DNA of 32,000 nucleotides from Candidatus Saccharimonadota bacterium (GTDB lineage Bacteria; Patescibacteriota; Gracilibacteria; BD1-5; UBA2023): NCBI GenBank assembly GCA_046350815.1, contig JAXLZO010000001.1, positions 450,001 to 482,000 of the forward strand, read 5' to 3'. Shown piece by piece: positions 29,505 to 32,000 of this stretch (position 1 is its first letter; each line of letters starts with the position of its first letter). The notes under the pieces were generated by a model. It saw only the letters and a program-made list of their open reading frames with translations, ran no database searches and was not told where the DNA came from. The position numbers and the translations under genes were made by a program.

Positions 29505-31649
29505 ATGAACAATCGAAAAGCAATTCAAAAGTATATAACCCTTTTGATGGGTTTTTTCGCTCTCCTTGGTACTGGATTTTTGATCTTTTCTTATATCTAT
29601 CAAGGAAGTGTAGTCACGGCTGAGCCTGGAGGTCAGCTCATTATTGCTCAACTTGCTCCTCCTCCATCTCTTTCACCACTTGCCTATGGCACTGATGATC
29701 GCACGAACATCATCAACCATCTTATGTTTCGCTCGTTGATGAAGCCCGATCCAAAGAATCAAGAACTGAAACAAGATCTTGGATCTTGCGAATTTGGTCG
29801 AGTGAATGGAGAGGTGTCATGTACTATCCTTCCAGGATCTCTCTTTTCTGACGGCTCTTCTATTACACGAGAAGATGTGATAGCATCTTTTGTTCTCTAT
29901 CGCGAACAGGCACGATCGCAAGATATTCTTGGAATCTTGAGTCGTACTTCTGTTTCTGAGGGGCCATCTTGAGAGATTGTTTTTCGCACCGATTCTAGTC
30001 GTATGAAAGAAATGAGTGAGCTATTGGTACTTCCTATTCTCCCTCAATCAAAGCTCGATCTAATTAAATCTGCATCTATTTCTGAGAAGGTGCCAGTGAG
30101 CGGAATGCTCAAATATACTGGTCGTGAGACAAATGAAACCACGGGTGTAACAAAGTATTTCTTTGAAAAGTCAGCATCATCATCTTTTCTTGCTTCAAAA
30201 CTGGTGTTTGCCTTCTACGGTGACAATACAAACGTATTTCAAGAGAGTATTGGACAGGCATCATATATTCTCCCATCGACATGAACTGGGATAAACTCTA
30301 TGGGTGAGTTTCAAGAAATTATGTTGGAAATTCCAGAAGTTCTCGCCGTTTTCCCGAACATAAAAACTCTTCCATGAGAACTCAGAAAGCCGCTGTGACA
30401 GAGTATTATGTTCTTGAAAAAAACATTTCCTGAGGGGACTTTTTCTTCGAATCTTCCACCGGTTATAACGAGTACTATCTTACAAGATGATCCGATTTCT
30501 TATTCTGGAGTTGTTGCAAGTATTCAGGAGTGACTCAAGGCTATGAAGAAATATCCGAAAAATGATATACTTGTAACTCTTGAGCAAAATAAGAGCAATC
30601 TCCAAACGCAATCCGGCACATCCCTTCCAGATCCTGGATATAGCTCTATTATTACAAGTCCGAACAATCAAAAACTTTTTGTAGCAACAGGATCATTTGT
30701 GTTTCGTGGTCAAGCGCCTACTGGATCGGATTCTATGACGATCAATGGATTTCGATTGACTGAATTTCATGGTCGAGATTTTGCTTATCGTGCAAGCAAG
30801 GAGATTGGTACATTAAAGAATGGTTCAAATACCTATGAGATAGTTTTCTGGAAGAAAAATACAATTCTCTCTCGAGAAAATATTGTCGTAGAATTAATGA
30901 TTGATCCAGCTAAGGCTCAGATTCGATCGAGTGAAGTATATGAGCTCTATCATCCTGAAATAGCTTTGGAACGACGCACAGAAGCTATTAAGAAAATACA
31001 AATCCTCATTGATACAATTAAAACATATCCAGATACAGCATATCTCAATGAACTCTGAGAAAAAGCAACAATTACGGTTGCATCTCTCGCTCAAGAGCCG
31101 ATGAGTGATATGCTCTGGAAAAAACTAGAAACTATTTTTATAGACTCTTGATTTGAAGTAGTGCAGAAGAAGCTGAGTGTCGATGAGCTCAGGGATATGG
31201 TAAAAAATGACAAAAGAAGTTATGATCTTCTCCTCACGGGTATCTACCTTGGAAAAGAAGGGAAGGATATTTTCTCATTTCTCCACTCTCATGGCATAGA
31301 GAGTGGGTATAATTTTTGATGAGTGAGTGATATTAAACTCGATGCTTCACTTTCGGAACTCCGAGATATTGCAAGTGATGGAGCACGATTTCATACTTTA
31401 ACTAATCGAATTGCTGATAGAATAGCAAATGAATGATATCTCTATCCACTCGATATGCGCACCCAAATTGCTTATGTTCGCAAAGATATTGTGAATCGAT
31501 CATGAATAACATTGCAACGCTTGTCGAGTTTGGAAGATGTCGGTTTACTCTTTCCAGAGAGTGGTCTGAACGCAAGCTATAGACTTGATATGAACACAAA
31601 ATCTCTCAAAGGATACTTCCAATTTATCGACACTCTTTTTCACAAATAA
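29505..31649 (+). CDS. Membrane-anchored ABC-type solute-binding protein, family 5 (peptide/nickel, OppA/DppA-like), 714 aa
   Basis: Frame checked line by line; it contains 13 UGA. N-terminal anchor ITLLMGFFALLGTGFLIF. Family-5-like N-lobe signature: QLIIAQLAPPPSLSPLAYGTDDRTNIINHLMFRSLMK...ILPGSLFSDGSSITREDVIASF. TAA 31647-31649. Confidence 0.6.
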
Positions 31650-31655
31650 ATTTTT

Positions 31656-32000
31656 ATGTCTGAGCATGTGGTTGACCATCATCATACAGAAACTCATCAA
31701 GCAAAAGATGAGACTTTCGTTGATCATAGTCAACTTCATGAAACACACGAAGAATGACATGTATCGTCACATGATGATACACATGCTCATGGAAAATGGA
31801 ATTTTCGCACAGAAGTGGCCTATCCAGCGTGGGAGTTTTCGGCGACAAGTATTGGAAATACCGCAAAAAAATTCAATTATTTTCCTTCGCTCATAGCAGC
31901 AGTCTATCTTGCAGCAGTTCTTTTTTATCAGCTGTTTTCGACGTATAGTGTTATTTTTGGAAAAGGAAATCAAATTATCGGCATCATTCTCCAATTCTTT
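31656..32000 (+). CDS. 5' part of a membrane protein with a His/Asp/Glu-rich N-terminus; continues past the window
   Basis: ATG 31656: MSEHVVDHHHTETHQAKDETFVDHSQLHETHEE-G-HVSSHDDTHAHGKWNF..., followed by the hydrophobic segment LIAAVYLAAVLFYQLF. Confidence 0.55.

Overview
AT-rich bacterial window in which UGA is read as glycine (translation table 25), the code known from Gracilibacteria (BD1-5) and Absconditabacteria (SR1) in the CPR/Patescibacteria. The standard-code ORF track is therefore badly fragmented. I re-translated both strands by eye with TGA=Gly, and every gene end I call is TAA or TAG.

Gene content, in order:
- 1-5997: a complete rRNA operon (16S-23S-5S-tRNA-Val) with no tRNA in the spacer.
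- 6077-8066: a small membrane protein, tRNA-Arg(UCU), tRNA-Val(GAC) and trhO. trhO is rebuilt from three track ORFs.
- 8131-13911: a block of secreted or membrane proteins of unknown function. These are a 676-aa secreted protein, an 8x Cys-x11-Cys repeat protein, and an 813-aa secreted protein with 24 in-frame UGA.
- 13988-15891: ruvA, then a malic-enzyme transcription unit bracketed by two GC-rich 25-26 nt palindromic elements in inverted orientation.
- 16149-19157: a pilin-like gene and an 813-aa membrane protein.
- 19339-22037: tmk, an LPXTG/FN3 surface protein with an apparent frameshift after its signal peptide, a canonical type IV prepilin, and a small membrane protein.
- 22034-25500: RNase J with a long low-complexity N-terminal extension, and a secreted HExxH metallopeptidase.
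- 25685-26340: an IS200-type element carrying tnpA only.
- 26338-28794: an operon of four tandem TrbC/VirB2-like (T4SS-pilin-like) 2-TM proteins plus a soluble 202-aa protein with weak ADP-ribosyltransferase-like motifs.
- 28853-32000: a 4-TM protein, secG, a family-5 solute-binding-like protein, and a His-rich membrane protein.

The best candidate for an undescribed system is the pilin-like array with its soluble partner at 26338-28794. All functional calls rest on motifs recognised by eye; no database search was possible.
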